From IMG/VR virus record IMGVR_UViG_3300021963_000049, positions 1 through 64,000 of that record: a stretch of DNA of 64,000 bases; one strand, 5' to 3'. Source of the DNA: a virus. Position 1 is the first letter of the stretch; every line of letters starts with the position of its first letter. This document shows, piece after piece, positions 22,901 to 33,300 of this stretch. Position numbers and translations under genes: made by a program. The notes beneath the pieces were generated by a model. That model searched no databases, was not told the origin of the DNA, and saw nothing but the letters and a program-made list of their open reading frames with translations.

Positions 22901-23509
22901 CAAGTATCACTTGGAGAAAATATTGCTATAGAAGATGTAGTAGAGTATTTTCCACCTTATAAGCTGCAGTATTATGGTAATATTCAAACTACTGGTCTTC
23001 CAGTAACTTCATTCCATAAGTTCTCACTTGCTCCAATTATACCTGGTGTTGCTAAGGAAGGTACTCCACTTTATGATTTGCATCAACAGATGATGGCTCA
23101 GAAAATAGACTATGCTTTATTTGAGTCTGGTTCTAAAGTTGGGCATATTGGATCAGGAGATCAAATACTAAATCCTGATGGTACCTTTAATAAAGATGTG
23201 CAGTTTACTAACAATGTAGTTTTTGCTGAGTATCTTAAGAATCAGACAGAAGTAAATTCAAGCTTTAAGAAAAAATCTATCTTCTCTACTCAGATGAGAA
23301 AGTTAATTCTTGAAGGTTTGTATGAGAAAGGTGTGATTGATACAACAGAGGAAGATAAGATAACATCTCCAATAGTAAATAAATATCTTAATGATGTTTC
23401 TGAGTATACAGACTTGTTAAAGCTAGAGTTCTTAGAAGAAATAGGCTATGATGAAACTACTCCGGGAGAGTATACTCCTAGAGATAAGAACAGCATGGGT
23501 AACTTGTGA
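16964..23509 (+). CDS. Virion RNA polymerase, N-terminal part (zincin HExxH motif, DUF4326-like insert, probable first double-psi barrel region)
   Basis: 2181 aa; HEAWH at 19622-19636; ADGQGHIT at about 22808-22831; overlaps the DFDID-bearing ORF by GTGA. Confidence 0.75.
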   Translation: MACLLDKVDILALYSDIYEDILGRINGEIKTKFNPEEYIKQLHNEIAEVNDPKFALEVAQATPEIMLQVIATRKNVREYFVKNEISQDLISKRSIEFENIDEVIKFVAVPQKTREEIDEEIKQANKASYNKPPAEPLPANIQWSYNENNGYKVAYPLATVGQQAYAVNPATATEAEKNVKDPEKNLFYDVIKGIVALSRARTSESDEIIYQGRSLALTAVKDSEFPEDSITAADKKYLEKPDAQRGIIAAITDTNGDYIYFTNDGDITDNPDNGRIVYQYLRRVNLIGGKLYLSSESEKNITLVPAETLAKREAQRMRDNGVEVTEEDEKQIVKRIADKQTNELNQLYRLRQYIMSDEGTPVVLPINGGTFGISTENIKVISFLESGLTEEDIANYQLISTPGEFNGQNFFTITTKKAGVQIDQNIFMQRGDMDRTLAEKIATVLTTTAKLKGEELTPEERQNFFEIFINNTTSKKYGGLNRDRITAKATYRNRRLVLAVNINGEEIPQEELYTEEAKQKIINHLLAAVPSTTEEGRLYPANIQYNKKYHGGEFTDYEISGDTIKEVKKNHFDTIKPYIKIIYSTEDDKLKNGLNAYLTYSIPQNIVPAGEVNYQPGIPQPKKTETETKKVTQAPATVGAQFTYYNKYSDAKAAHNDKKGTWGLRPALGLEPVVPFQEHFGNPWDIKEDKLNKVKAVDTLEEAVQNYEDWLTGKKFKNIQKERRKWILDQINSGALDTANFIYYNPRKTVKTHVHVLVDMINNRDKTKAPEIVEPAPVKTTKEEKVEVDKKILNLQSVLSMPSRTLYKREKVRQSFLDRVFTSKADLKKADNWWNNSGLSQIKVNGKVLLPLERITEIVNSDAFATFTENGITLYEADGGTPIDLYHEAWHGFSQLVLTPEQKTDLYNELRTYPKWSNAEFFDIEEDIAEDFRSFMKFNKKFPGLLGKIFEAIGKLLRKLYGRITRQDMTRPRDIASVREYFDLLYKSDKNPEVFQQFSPSVNNLMFTKLNRSKTIQPLKAQAKHYLEFTLEESTKAVRVIDSLIGIEFQNYNRDNNTTAGAVRILANPQNRSLLYRSVRDRLENIRIAYTEAYEKAFFENEESENPDLFLQQDLENKMLYFTKLVENFGDVDLSLEGKQKTGVVAYHMKKSKFSAIKQAYADLTEDPTDLDNSQIFKQDGGNTVASKDIASEETMMLLSSIFKVQRTADGEIEEITDEFGIPELEDPDTIWNRLAKVLAGSFDETEMYKRIVESSNNYPEFYQLQSLLPNPYVLSPGSYVTNTEFDTETKFWQDLKKPRIPYIQLNLTKNTEGKRAGTYEARLSKANFDVYKVISDWSSNFITADTSVNPYIVEDGYNRNMLDIDKLLDPKKFGNKELLNSAESIELLKALGINLDTSSPAIMAIVNSRSQLFSNRFGINRILSVLKQVNKATDQGAIDEFRRTPLTFLLNGLSYDLRIDKSETEEMKTRIRVLAELQNMYSDSYSNFSVLSPERNRVWEHFLDNTITRVVTSLRKAENWEELTSDEADPNGIFKHMRWLSENNNTFSNFSKLLNTVFYLDPLSKNYGKKKPDANLVLNNVAGTQLVGKSYDETTGVSTASMDATSKFLQEFNTLLLNGIEEFMRHASKNTAMGLTSATKIETYQGKNSDKLYVDVEAFRPGSFGESKAFDIISGYLSGEANRIFRFSSDIKKFAQFAGYNREVRRKDGRIVMAGQAFTAFDDVLSLNIQKELYTIIDNAVKNKQADFNMMDVLDQDLDLRARVEKDVRNYFDKQTQKNQDRLNKARYVDASLVNKADVQYIDLTLDQVDNILVKAYSYNSWIHKFETAIIAYGDFAQYNHEKEEFHKRNAGLGSGGRGFRADLRAQTFVNNPTLFKRYYADRMGYATRKYDGTLHTAIIKEIELPSKMYDEYHKELVDVYTKRLGNKEEAKKLADTAMKEYKSMKIADGQGHITFETYRMLKKLEGNWTDPQEKLYRQVSLGENIAIEDVVEYFPPYKLQYYGNIQTTGLPVTSFHKFSLAPIIPGVAKEGTPLYDLHQQMMAQKIDYALFESGSKVGHIGSGDQILNPDGTFNKDVQFTNNVVFAEYLKNQTEVNSSFKKKSIFSTQMRKLILEGLYEKGVIDTTEEDKITSPIVNKYLNDVSEYTDLLKLEFLEEIGYDETTPGEYTPRDKNSMGNL

Positions 23510-26500
23510 ATATAATTAGAGAGAACTTAGAAAGAGAAGACTTGCTAAGTGATGATTTAATAGAATTCATAGATGTATATGATACTACTGGAGACTTGGT
23601 ACATGACTTATCTTTGCATCCAGACTCTGGTAAAATTGAAAAGCTTTTGCTTTCAATGATTAATAAAAGAATTATTAAGCAAAAAGTAAAAGGTGAGCCA
23701 CTAGTTCAAGTATCTTCTGGTTTTTATGAAAATACATTCAGAACTCCTGCTAATTTAAAAGGAGCAACAGATGAGCAAAGAAAGAAGTGGAATGCAACTA
23801 ACTTATTACCAACTTATTACAGAAAAGCAAATGGTTTAACTGCTGCTATGAAAGTAATGGTTGCAATGCAAGGAGATTATTACAGTTTATTTAATCTAGA
23901 ATATGCTAATGGAGAAACCATTGGTATGTTTAATGAAGAGGGTGTTTTAGATATGAACAAATCTCTGGCTAGATTAAATGAGAAAATAAAAGATGATGCT
24001 TGGTTAGATGCAGATAATGGAGCTAACAGAAAAGCAATTACTATGGTGGGTGTTAGGATACCAGTTCAGGGTCTTAACTCTATGGAATTCATGGAAGTAT
24101 TTGAGTTCTTACCACCACAAGCAGGTAACATTATTATTCCACCAGCAGAAATAGTTGCTAAGTCAGGGGGTGACTTTGATATTGATAAGTTAACAATCTT
24201 CATGACTAACTTAAACTCAGAAGGAAAGATCAAAGGAAAAATACTTGATGATAATGCCTGGGTTAAAGAAAGAATTAAAGAACTAAGAGAGTCTGGGGAA
24301 TCAGTATCACAAATGTTCTCTGAACAAAAAGCAGGTTTAGAGAATGAGCTAATAGAAGATATCAGAAAGATACTTGAGCTACCACAGAACTACTCATCAC
24401 TTATTACACCAAATGGTACCTTCTTATTAAAATCTATTGCTGAAGACTTAGCACAGGATGTAATGGACTATGATCCATTTGAAAACATGAGCTCTGAGGA
24501 AAGTAACATTAGTGCTGATGGTAAGAAAAAAGTAATCAGCCCAACAAGAGTACTGGAAGCATTATATAATGTCTACAAGCATGAGTCTAATATAGTAGGT
24601 AAGAAGACATTAGGACTAGGAGCTATTGAGAACACATTTAATGTAATCATGAATGCTGCCGGTGCATATATGCCTTCTGTATATGGTACAGCTGAACAGC
24701 CAAGAGAATCTTTATTATTTTTAAGACATAACAAAGACACAGATCCTAATGGAAGAGAAGTAATCTCTATCTCTAGTAGATTTGATGTAGATAACAAAAA
24801 CAAAATAGCTGATGTTATCTCACAGATGATGAATGGCTGGGTGGATGTTGAGAAAGATGCATGGATCTTCTTTATCCAGGGTAACTATGAAGTGGCTCCA
24901 AGCTTATTATATCTGATCAAAGCTGGTGTACCAGTTAAAGAAGCTATTTACTTTGTATCAAATCCATTAGTAAGAGACTATGTAAATGAGCAAAGAATGG
25001 CTAAGTCTACATATGCAGATGTGTTAGGAAAGAAACCAGACTCACCAAATTTTGCAAAATATCAAGCAGCCTCTGAGGTTATTACTAAATATTTTAAAGC
25101 TGATGAGCTTGGTAAGTTCTCTAAAAACTATGATAGATACCTATTAGGTAAAGAGTTATCTGAGAAAGTTCTTGAGGGCAGAGATGAGGATAAAAAATAT
25201 TTCACTGAAAATGAAATGAGAAAACTGATAGCTGATTATAAAACAGGAACAGCTACAGATAAACAAATGGACATGTCAAAAGCAATGTTCTTGCATTATC
25301 TTCAGATAGAAAACCAAATAGGTGGTCTTACTCAGTTAAAGATGAATACTAACCCAGATACAAGTACTAAATCTACTTTGTCTGATGTAGAAAGAACTGA
25401 GTCAAACATAGATAACTTAATGTATGATAACAGAATTGCACCGGAGCTTTTGGGAACATTAATGAATGACTCAGTATTAAAATCATTTTTTAATGGAGAC
25501 TTAGCTCTAGCAGTGAGTAGACCATTATTCAAACTAAGATATCACAAAGCAATAAGTGATTACTTAATTGTAAAAGGTCAAACTTTAAAAGAAGCATCTG
25601 AATCTACATTTGGAGAAAATAGAGTGGATACTTTTATCAATACATTCAGAAATGATATAGTAAGCTTCATCTTCCAGAATGCATTAAGAAGATACAAACT
25701 TGGAGATTCTTACATGTCTTATAATCTTAAGATGGAAGTTCCAGTTAAGTATGCTGCTGAGTTAAAAAGAGGAGCTTTTGTTAAAGAAGAAACTGATGGA
25801 ACAAAGACATTATATGTTGATGAGAAACAGTTAAGAAAAGAATTCATAGACAAAGCTTGGGCTAAAAATTCTGATGCTGAGAATTCATATACTGATAGAG
25901 GATTATATCCACTAGAGTTAGCAGCCTTTATGAAGAATAAGGACTTGAACTTTAACCAGTACTTAAGATTTGTAGCAGAAAGAGAATACATAAGATCTAT
26001 AGAACCAATTTCTGAAGTATCTGAAACTAAGTATTTTAAATCTCAGATGAAAGCTGTAAAACAAGTAAATCCAGATTTAGCAAATGAAAAAGTTGCAAGG
26101 TTTACATATGAGAAGTATATAGCAGAAAAAGCTCTAGAGAATACATTCAATTTACACTACATGTTTAAGAAGAAAGAATCAGCCTTGGCTGTTAAGTATT
26201 CTGACTTCTTAATAAACAATAGAGAGCTTGCATCTAAGTATAGAGTGTTGAGTGTACTAAAACTGGATACAAACCAGGATGACAGTACCTTTAATATCTA
26301 CCTGGCAGATAAAGACTTGAACAATGAAAAGGCTACTGAATACACTAAGAATTTAATGGATCTTTCCAATGTCAATGTTAAAAAAGTATCAGATCCAGAA
26401 GAAAATGCAAGGATCAGTGAGATGTTCTCTAAGTTATCTCTATTCGCATTCATGCAGACAGGTCTTAATAAATCTAAACTAAGCTTTACTAGCATAGTAA

Positions 26501-27336
26501 ACTATAGTGACTTCTTAGATATTGTTGAGAAAGAGTCAGAGTTATTCCAAAAAGCATTGGACAAAAATGGAAATGCAATCTTGGATAACTTCTTTAGCAT
26601 CTTCATGAGAGAAAACAATGTTTATAACCAGGATAAAAATAGATTCAAAGACTATTTATCTACTCTTGACTATGGTAATCTAGATAAGGTAGCTGGATTA
26701 ACTGCAACTACTGCAAAAAGAAAGTCTAAAGAAACTACACCTACTGATGAAAGTATAACCGATGAGCCGGTAATATTCCAAAGATTTGGCTTGAAGGAAA
26801 CAAGAAATCCTAATATCTTGACTTATAACACAACTGATAAGGATAACTTATTCTATGAAGAACTAAGTGATAAGAATAAAGATGTAGTATTTGCATACAA
26901 TGTTACTTTCTTGGAGCTTAAAGAGAAGTTCTTAAAATCATTCCCGGGACAAAGTTCTTTCAATAGATTTGCTCCAGACATGAGTATAAATATTCCAACC
27001 AGTTTGAATAAGCCAGATGATAGCCATTCACTAACCAATCCAGCAGTATTCAAAGATCTTATAGATTTATTTGAGAGAAGGATACAAGCACTTAAAGAAT
27101 TGTCTGATTCTGGTATTAAAATAGCTTTCCCTGAGACAGGTTTTGGTAATCCAGGTAAGATGCCTCAAGAATTATTTGTATATTTAAGTAGGAGGTTATA
27201 TGAAGAATTTGGATATTTGAATCCTGGTTCTACAGTATATGAAGAATTAAGAGAAATTGTAGGTGAATCCCAAGGTATAACTGATGAAGAAATTCTACAG
27301 AGATTAGGCCTAGAGGAAGATCCATTTAAATGCTAA
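23506..27336 (+). CDS. Virion RNA polymerase, C-terminal catalytic part
   Basis: 1276 aa; RIPVQG followed by SGGDFDIDKL (DxDxD, 24172-24186), the signature of crAss-like two-barrel virion RNAPs. Confidence 0.88.
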   Translation: MNIIRENLEREDLLSDDLIEFIDVYDTTGDLVHDLSLHPDSGKIEKLLLSMINKRIIKQKVKGEPLVQVSSGFYENTFRTPANLKGATDEQRKKWNATNLLPTYYRKANGLTAAMKVMVAMQGDYYSLFNLEYANGETIGMFNEEGVLDMNKSLARLNEKIKDDAWLDADNGANRKAITMVGVRIPVQGLNSMEFMEVFEFLPPQAGNIIIPPAEIVAKSGGDFDIDKLTIFMTNLNSEGKIKGKILDDNAWVKERIKELRESGESVSQMFSEQKAGLENELIEDIRKILELPQNYSSLITPNGTFLLKSIAEDLAQDVMDYDPFENMSSEESNISADGKKKVISPTRVLEALYNVYKHESNIVGKKTLGLGAIENTFNVIMNAAGAYMPSVYGTAEQPRESLLFLRHNKDTDPNGREVISISSRFDVDNKNKIADVISQMMNGWVDVEKDAWIFFIQGNYEVAPSLLYLIKAGVPVKEAIYFVSNPLVRDYVNEQRMAKSTYADVLGKKPDSPNFAKYQAASEVITKYFKADELGKFSKNYDRYLLGKELSEKVLEGRDEDKKYFTENEMRKLIADYKTGTATDKQMDMSKAMFLHYLQIENQIGGLTQLKMNTNPDTSTKSTLSDVERTESNIDNLMYDNRIAPELLGTLMNDSVLKSFFNGDLALAVSRPLFKLRYHKAISDYLIVKGQTLKEASESTFGENRVDTFINTFRNDIVSFIFQNALRRYKLGDSYMSYNLKMEVPVKYAAELKRGAFVKEETDGTKTLYVDEKQLRKEFIDKAWAKNSDAENSYTDRGLYPLELAAFMKNKDLNFNQYLRFVAEREYIRSIEPISEVSETKYFKSQMKAVKQVNPDLANEKVARFTYEKYIAEKALENTFNLHYMFKKKESALAVKYSDFLINNRELASKYRVLSVLKLDTNQDDSTFNIYLADKDLNNEKATEYTKNLMDLSNVNVKKVSDPEENARISEMFSKLSLFAFMQTGLNKSKLSFTSIVNYSDFLDIVEKESELFQKALDKNGNAILDNFFSIFMRENNVYNQDKNRFKDYLSTLDYGNLDKVAGLTATTAKRKSKETTPTDESITDEPVIFQRFGLKETRNPNILTYNTTDKDNLFYEELSDKNKDVVFAYNVTFLELKEKFLKSFPGQSSFNRFAPDMSINIPTSLNKPDDSHSLTNPAVFKDLIDLFERRIQALKELSDSGIKIAFPETGFGNPGKMPQELFVYLSRRLYEEFGYLNPGSTVYEELREIVGESQGITDEEILQRLGLEEDPFKC

Positions 27337-27340
27337 TAAA

Positions 27341-30300
27341 ATGGTTTGTGAAGTTAAAGTCAACTCAATAAGGTTTTTACAGAATAATGGTGCTATTGAT
27401 GACATAAGAACAATAACTAATCTTAATAGATTTGAGGAGCTTAATGATAAGCTTACAAGAGTTGCTATAGAAAAGTATGGGTTGAATACTGGTGGCCAAC
27501 AGTTATTTGCTGTCAATACATCTGAGCTAACAGATAGAAAAGGTTCAAGATATTGGAGAGATAATAAGATAGATATCAAAAGAGCTATACCTAATGACAG
27601 GTTATTTGATGAACTACAGGCTCTTAAAAATATTAAGGATAACAGACCGGAGGCTCCTATGTTTATGAAAACTCCAGATGTAGACTTTTCATTAAAAATT
27701 GTAGGTGCTTTAGATAAAATAAACAGAAATAAGTTTGAGTCTTCAAAGTTACAAGGTTGGTTGAATGATCTTCAAAAACAAGGTGTATCTGCACAACAAC
27801 TTGAATTATTTAAAGAAGTTGCAAAACCAGGTATGACTAAAGAAGAAATAGCTGCTGCTATTACTGCTACTTATAGTTATACTGTTGAGATTAATATTGC
27901 TAAAGAGGTTAAGCCAATAGGTAGTGATGGAGAATATTTTGATGAAAATGGTCAACAAATAAGTAAAAAAGAATTTGAAAACTTATCTAAAGATAGACCT
28001 ACTCAGTATTATTCTAACCTAACAGTCCCAGGAGGAACTAACTATATAGAAAATGAATTAGCCACACCTGCTATTATACCAAGTATTAAAGGACATGCTC
28101 AGTTTGCTACAGATAAAGGTATAGGTTGGTTTAGAAGTGATGATAAGGTAGAAGCTATATCAAAACAAGTTTCAAAATCTAAAGTAAATTTTAAAGAAAG
28201 TGAAGATAGGGTAGAAAAAAGAGGTGATAAATGGGTTGCAATTAATAATACAATTGGAGTATTGGATACTTTTAATACAAAAGAAGAAGCTTTATCTTTT
28301 TTAGGTTTAGATGTATCTGAAAAAATAAAAGTAAGTGATGTTAAAACTCGTAGAATACTAGAATTCCAATCTGATTTGTTTCAGAAAGGTAGAGAGTCTG
28401 AATTATTGGTTAATACTTTAAACAGGGATAGAAAAGATAATGTAAGAATACTACAATTAGAAAATATATCTTATGATAGAAATCTTACTAAAGAAGAAGA
28501 ACAAGAATTGAGAAAACTAAATGAACCTAATTTTAATAAAGAAGGTAATCAATTCTTACAACTCCTAAACAAAAACAACAACTGGGTAACATTCTTTATT
28601 AAATCTATTGTACAAGATAGTGCTAAGAAAGGATATGAGAAAGTATTATTTCCTAGTGGTAATACAGCTAGTAAAGTAGAAGGACATACTACTTTAGAAG
28701 AGTTTAAGAAGCAGAAACAAGATAGGATTAAAGAACTTGAGAAAGAAAATCAAGAACTTAAAAATAAAAAATTAGATCTTGAAGTTGAAAAAGCTTATGC
28801 ATCTTTATTTGAACCAATAACACAAGAACAATTTGATAAAGCAAATAAAAATCAAATTGAAAGTAATAATAGAGAAATAAACCAACTTAAACAAGAACTT
28901 GAAAGAGTAGAAGGACCAGAAGGATTTGGTGCTTTAAGACCTATATTTAACTTCTATGAAACAACTGTAGCTAATATCCTTAAAAAACAAGGATATAATC
29001 CTAAGCAAGTTACAGATGAGTATGGTAATACTTGGAATGAAATAAGTATAGAATCTACAAGAGATTTAGGTACAATCATGATGATGAGACCAGATGCCTT
29101 AGTAGATGTTCAAGGTATTCCAATGGTTAATATTGATTTAGGCACTATAAATAATGCTAGATCAAAAGAGATTGGAAATGTATTGGGTCAAAGACTATCT
29201 CAAAGCATGCAGCAAGGTTTTCAAAATATTACTGAAGCTGAGGCAAGAGAACTATTAAAAGCTAGAAAGATACCATATAATGGTGAGCCGGCCTTTTACT
29301 TTGCAGGAACAGTATATGTTGTTGGAGATAATATAAATATAGATACAGTTCTCCATGAATTCTCTCATCCATTATTACAAGGTATAAGAAGATCTAATCC
29401 TAAGTTGTTTAATAACCTCTATAATCTTTTAAAAGGCACAACTGAAGGAGAGCAAATAATAGAATTAGTAAAACAGAGATACCCTGAATTAGAAGAAGAA
29501 AGTGATCTATTTAAAGAAGAAGCATTAGCTTGGAGTCTTCAAAGGAAAGCTTCAAATAAAGTGACTCAACAGGTTGAAACTGAGGGCTTTGACAATTATA
29601 TAAAGAAGATACTTGCAGCTATAAAACAGTTCTTAAGAAATGTATTTGGTGATAAAGTAAATGTAGCTAAGCTAGATGTTAATACTACTCTGGATGAACT
29701 TGCAGACATGCTTTTGGAAAAAGATTTTCAGTTTGAAACTCCAAAAGTTACTGAGGAGGATATAATCATGTATGGTAAGTTCATGCTGTCTGCTGCTGAA
29801 AGAGCTACAGAACTAACTAAAGTAAGTAGTTCAAAATCATTAGAGCAGCTTATTAAAGAAGTATATACCAGAAACTTAGAGCTTTTAAATACAGCAAGAA
29901 AGTTTAAATCAGACAAGGTAATAGGTAATATGATGAAGGAGTCTTTATTTAGAAAAGGAACCTCAGAATATTTACCTGGAATCCAAAGAACATTAAGAGA
30001 TTATCTTGAAGATTTAAGCAAGCCAAATGTTAATGAGCTTATAGAAAATGCAATTAATGCTGAGGAAAGAAGAATCAAAGAAGACAATGCAAGGGCAACT
30101 GCACTAGTAACTTCACTAGATACTATCAATACTACAGTAGATAATATACTCAAGGATCTAAGAAAGATAGAGAATCTACCTAATTTAAATTCAAGAAGTG
30201 TAATTGGGCTTTTAGGTTTATATAAAAGTTTAGCCAGTGCATGGTATGAAAACATAAAAGACATTGATGCAATTCTATCTGAAGAAGTAGATGTAGATGT

Positions 30301-33300
30301 AAACAATCCTTTCTACCAGACAATAAATGAGATAGCTTATAATATTACCAGAGTTCAAGCTAGAATTGGAAACTTGTATAAGAAGAACAATGTTCAGTTT
30401 GTAGTAGAGATTACAAGCTACATGAATGAGTTTGTAACCAAGAGGCTTAATGAAAACTTAGGTAAGGCATTAAAGGGAGCAATTCCTGAGAATCAATTGG
30501 AAGATACACTAAATGAGGTATATAATAAAGTAATAAACCAAAGTTTTACAGATGATGATGCTGCAGAACTAGTAAAGAAAGGTGTTCCAAAGCATATCTT
30601 AGATAAATTTCTTAAAGAGTACAAAGATTTCTTTGTAACTCCAGAAGAAATTAGAAAGCACTTAAGCGGTGAGGCTAGAGATGTTACATTCTTTAACCGG
30701 TGGTTGGAGAGTTATAGCTCCAGTAATGATATTATAGTCGGGCCTGTTGCCATGTTCATACAGGATCAGAAGACTGAAGTAGAAAACAAAGTCTGGAAAG
30801 ACTCAATGGAGTTTAGAAGAAAGCTCCAAGATCTATTGCCTAGAGTAGGCTTCAGTAAATTAAATACAACTCAAGTAAGAGATTTAGTATCTGAAGAAGA
30901 TACAATAATGTATTTTGACAAAGAGACCGGTAAGCCAGTAGAAAAGAAAGTAAGAACTTTTCTTAATGAGTTTGGTAATGGCTGGAGATACCAACAAGAT
31001 ATCTTAGAGTACAATCTTGCTATGGCAAAGGAATCAAAGGATCAAGAAGCTATTTCTAAAGCCCAGGCAGAACTTAGACAGTTCAATAGAGACTACATGT
31101 ATGATGAGTATGTTCCAGAGTACTATGAGAAGGATGAGATATTTAATAGATCTGAAGTAGGTGGATTAGCATATTTAGCAAGAAGAGAGGCTCTTAATGA
31201 GTATAATAACTTAGTCAATCAGTTTGATAATGAACTAGAAAGACTAGAAAACTACTCTTCTATTCAAGCTGCTTGGAGAAAGTACACACAGTTATCTGAG
31301 TTATATTATGAAGATGGTACTCCAAAGGTAGATGATCCAGAAAATGGTATCTATGACCTTAGTATTGCAAAGGTATTACTAGAGTACAAAGAAGCTACAA
31401 AAGATTTTTCTGAGTTTGTTCCAATTGAGGGCTCCTTACAAACATCTTATAATGAAGTTGTTGCACTGCTTGAGTCTCAAGGAATAACAAAAGGATCCGG
31501 AGAATTTAAGAGAAAAATTAGAGAGTGGGAAAGACAAAACTTAAGAATTGTAAACACAGAAGAATTCTATGAAGAAAGAGCTGCAGCTATAGAAAAGATA
31601 ATCAGACTGCAAGCTAAGATGAATTCTGTAATGAATACTCAGTTTAATGTTGGGGATGCATACAAAAAAATATCTGAGTTAATTTTTGCTTATAAAGATG
31701 AACAAGGTCAGCCAATAAGCACTGCATTAAGTGAAGATAGGTTAAAAATGATCAAAGACACAGAGCAACAAATCATAGACTTCAAGTTTAACTTTGACAT
31801 AAAGACTGGTCTTACAAAGGATCAAGCTGGTGAATTAGAGATACTTGCTGAAATTGCAAAGAAGAGACCGGATGATATGACTCCTGAGCAAGAATCCAGA
31901 TATGTATATCTAATCAATCTACAGAATAATGCTGGTATAAATCCACAGGATGCATTGGATCTTCAAGATGCATTTAAAGAACTAAGTAATCTTCAGACTA
32001 GAATACCTACTGAATATTACATGGAGGCATTAAACTATAATCTCTCAAAGCAGAATGTAAAAGAGCTGAATGAAGATGAGGTAGATGACTTTATAAACTC
32101 AGATGAGTTCCAGTTGCTGCTTGATGCAGATGAGAATTTCAAAAAATGGTTTAACCTTAATCACATTACCAAAAAAGTCTTTAATAAAAAGCTCAATGAC
32201 TATGAAGAGGTATATGATAAGACTAGAGCAAATACTGTTGCTGTACCAAGGAACTCTAAATATATCAAGACTACCAAGATAATAGATACAGAAACTAATC
32301 AGGAAATAACTCTTATGGGTGTTCCTAATATTAGACACTCAAGATACCAGGTAAAGAATAAGTACAGAACAATTCCATTTGGAGAAGATAAGTCTCAGTA
32401 TGTTGGTAAGTATATAGATAATAAAGGAAACTATTTACCAAGGCCATTTAATCCAAATGATAAAAATAGTGCTAAGGATGCTAGGTTTATCAATAAAGAA
32501 TACCTTAAATTAAAAGCTGAGAACTCACCAAGATTCCAATTGTTAGAAGCAATGAAAGAATATTCATTGTCTCAACAAGAAGGCATGTCCAACTATGGTA
32601 AGCTATATTTAGATCTACCTAGATATGCTATAAAAAGAATGGATATCTACCAAGTTATGCAGAAAGGTAAGTATGGAGAGAGATTTAAAGAGCTTGGTTC
32701 AAATATTAAAGAATGGCTTAAGCAATCAGTTGGTAAGTCAGCTGTAGATTTTGAGAATGACTTAAACTATGATCCAAAAAATAACTTGGTAAATACAAAT
32801 CTTCAAGGAGATAGAGTAAGTTATATTCCTGTAACAGGTATCTATAATCTAGATCTAGATATTACTGATGCTGATGTATTAAATGGTTTGTTTAGATATG
32901 CTATGTCCATTCAAAGCCAGGGTAAATTATATGAAAGTTTACCATTAGTTGAAGGTTTGTTAGATACATTAGAGGATCCGGCAAATAAGCCTAAAAATCT
33001 TGATAAGTTCCAGAAAGGAATGTTTAATCTAAGAAACAAACTACAAAATGTAAATAAAGAAGGAGCTACAAACAATAGACTTGGACAGTTAAGGTCACTA
33101 ATTGAAAGAGAATACTATGGTAAAAGAGTTGTTGGTATGGAGGAAAACCATCCAAGAATTTCTAAATGGCTTCAGACTATTCAAGGATTATCAGCTAGAG
33201 GATCTCTTGCTGTAAACATTCCTTCAGACTTAAAGAATAAATACTCTGGGTATGTCCAAACTCTTATTGAAGCTGCAGGAGGTGAATTTATAACATTAAA

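Noticed and set aside
23507-23515. TGA read-through or stop-codon reassignment, as in some crAss-like phages
   Set aside because: The same frame hits TAA two codons later (TGA ATA TAA), and all long ORFs are intact in the standard code.
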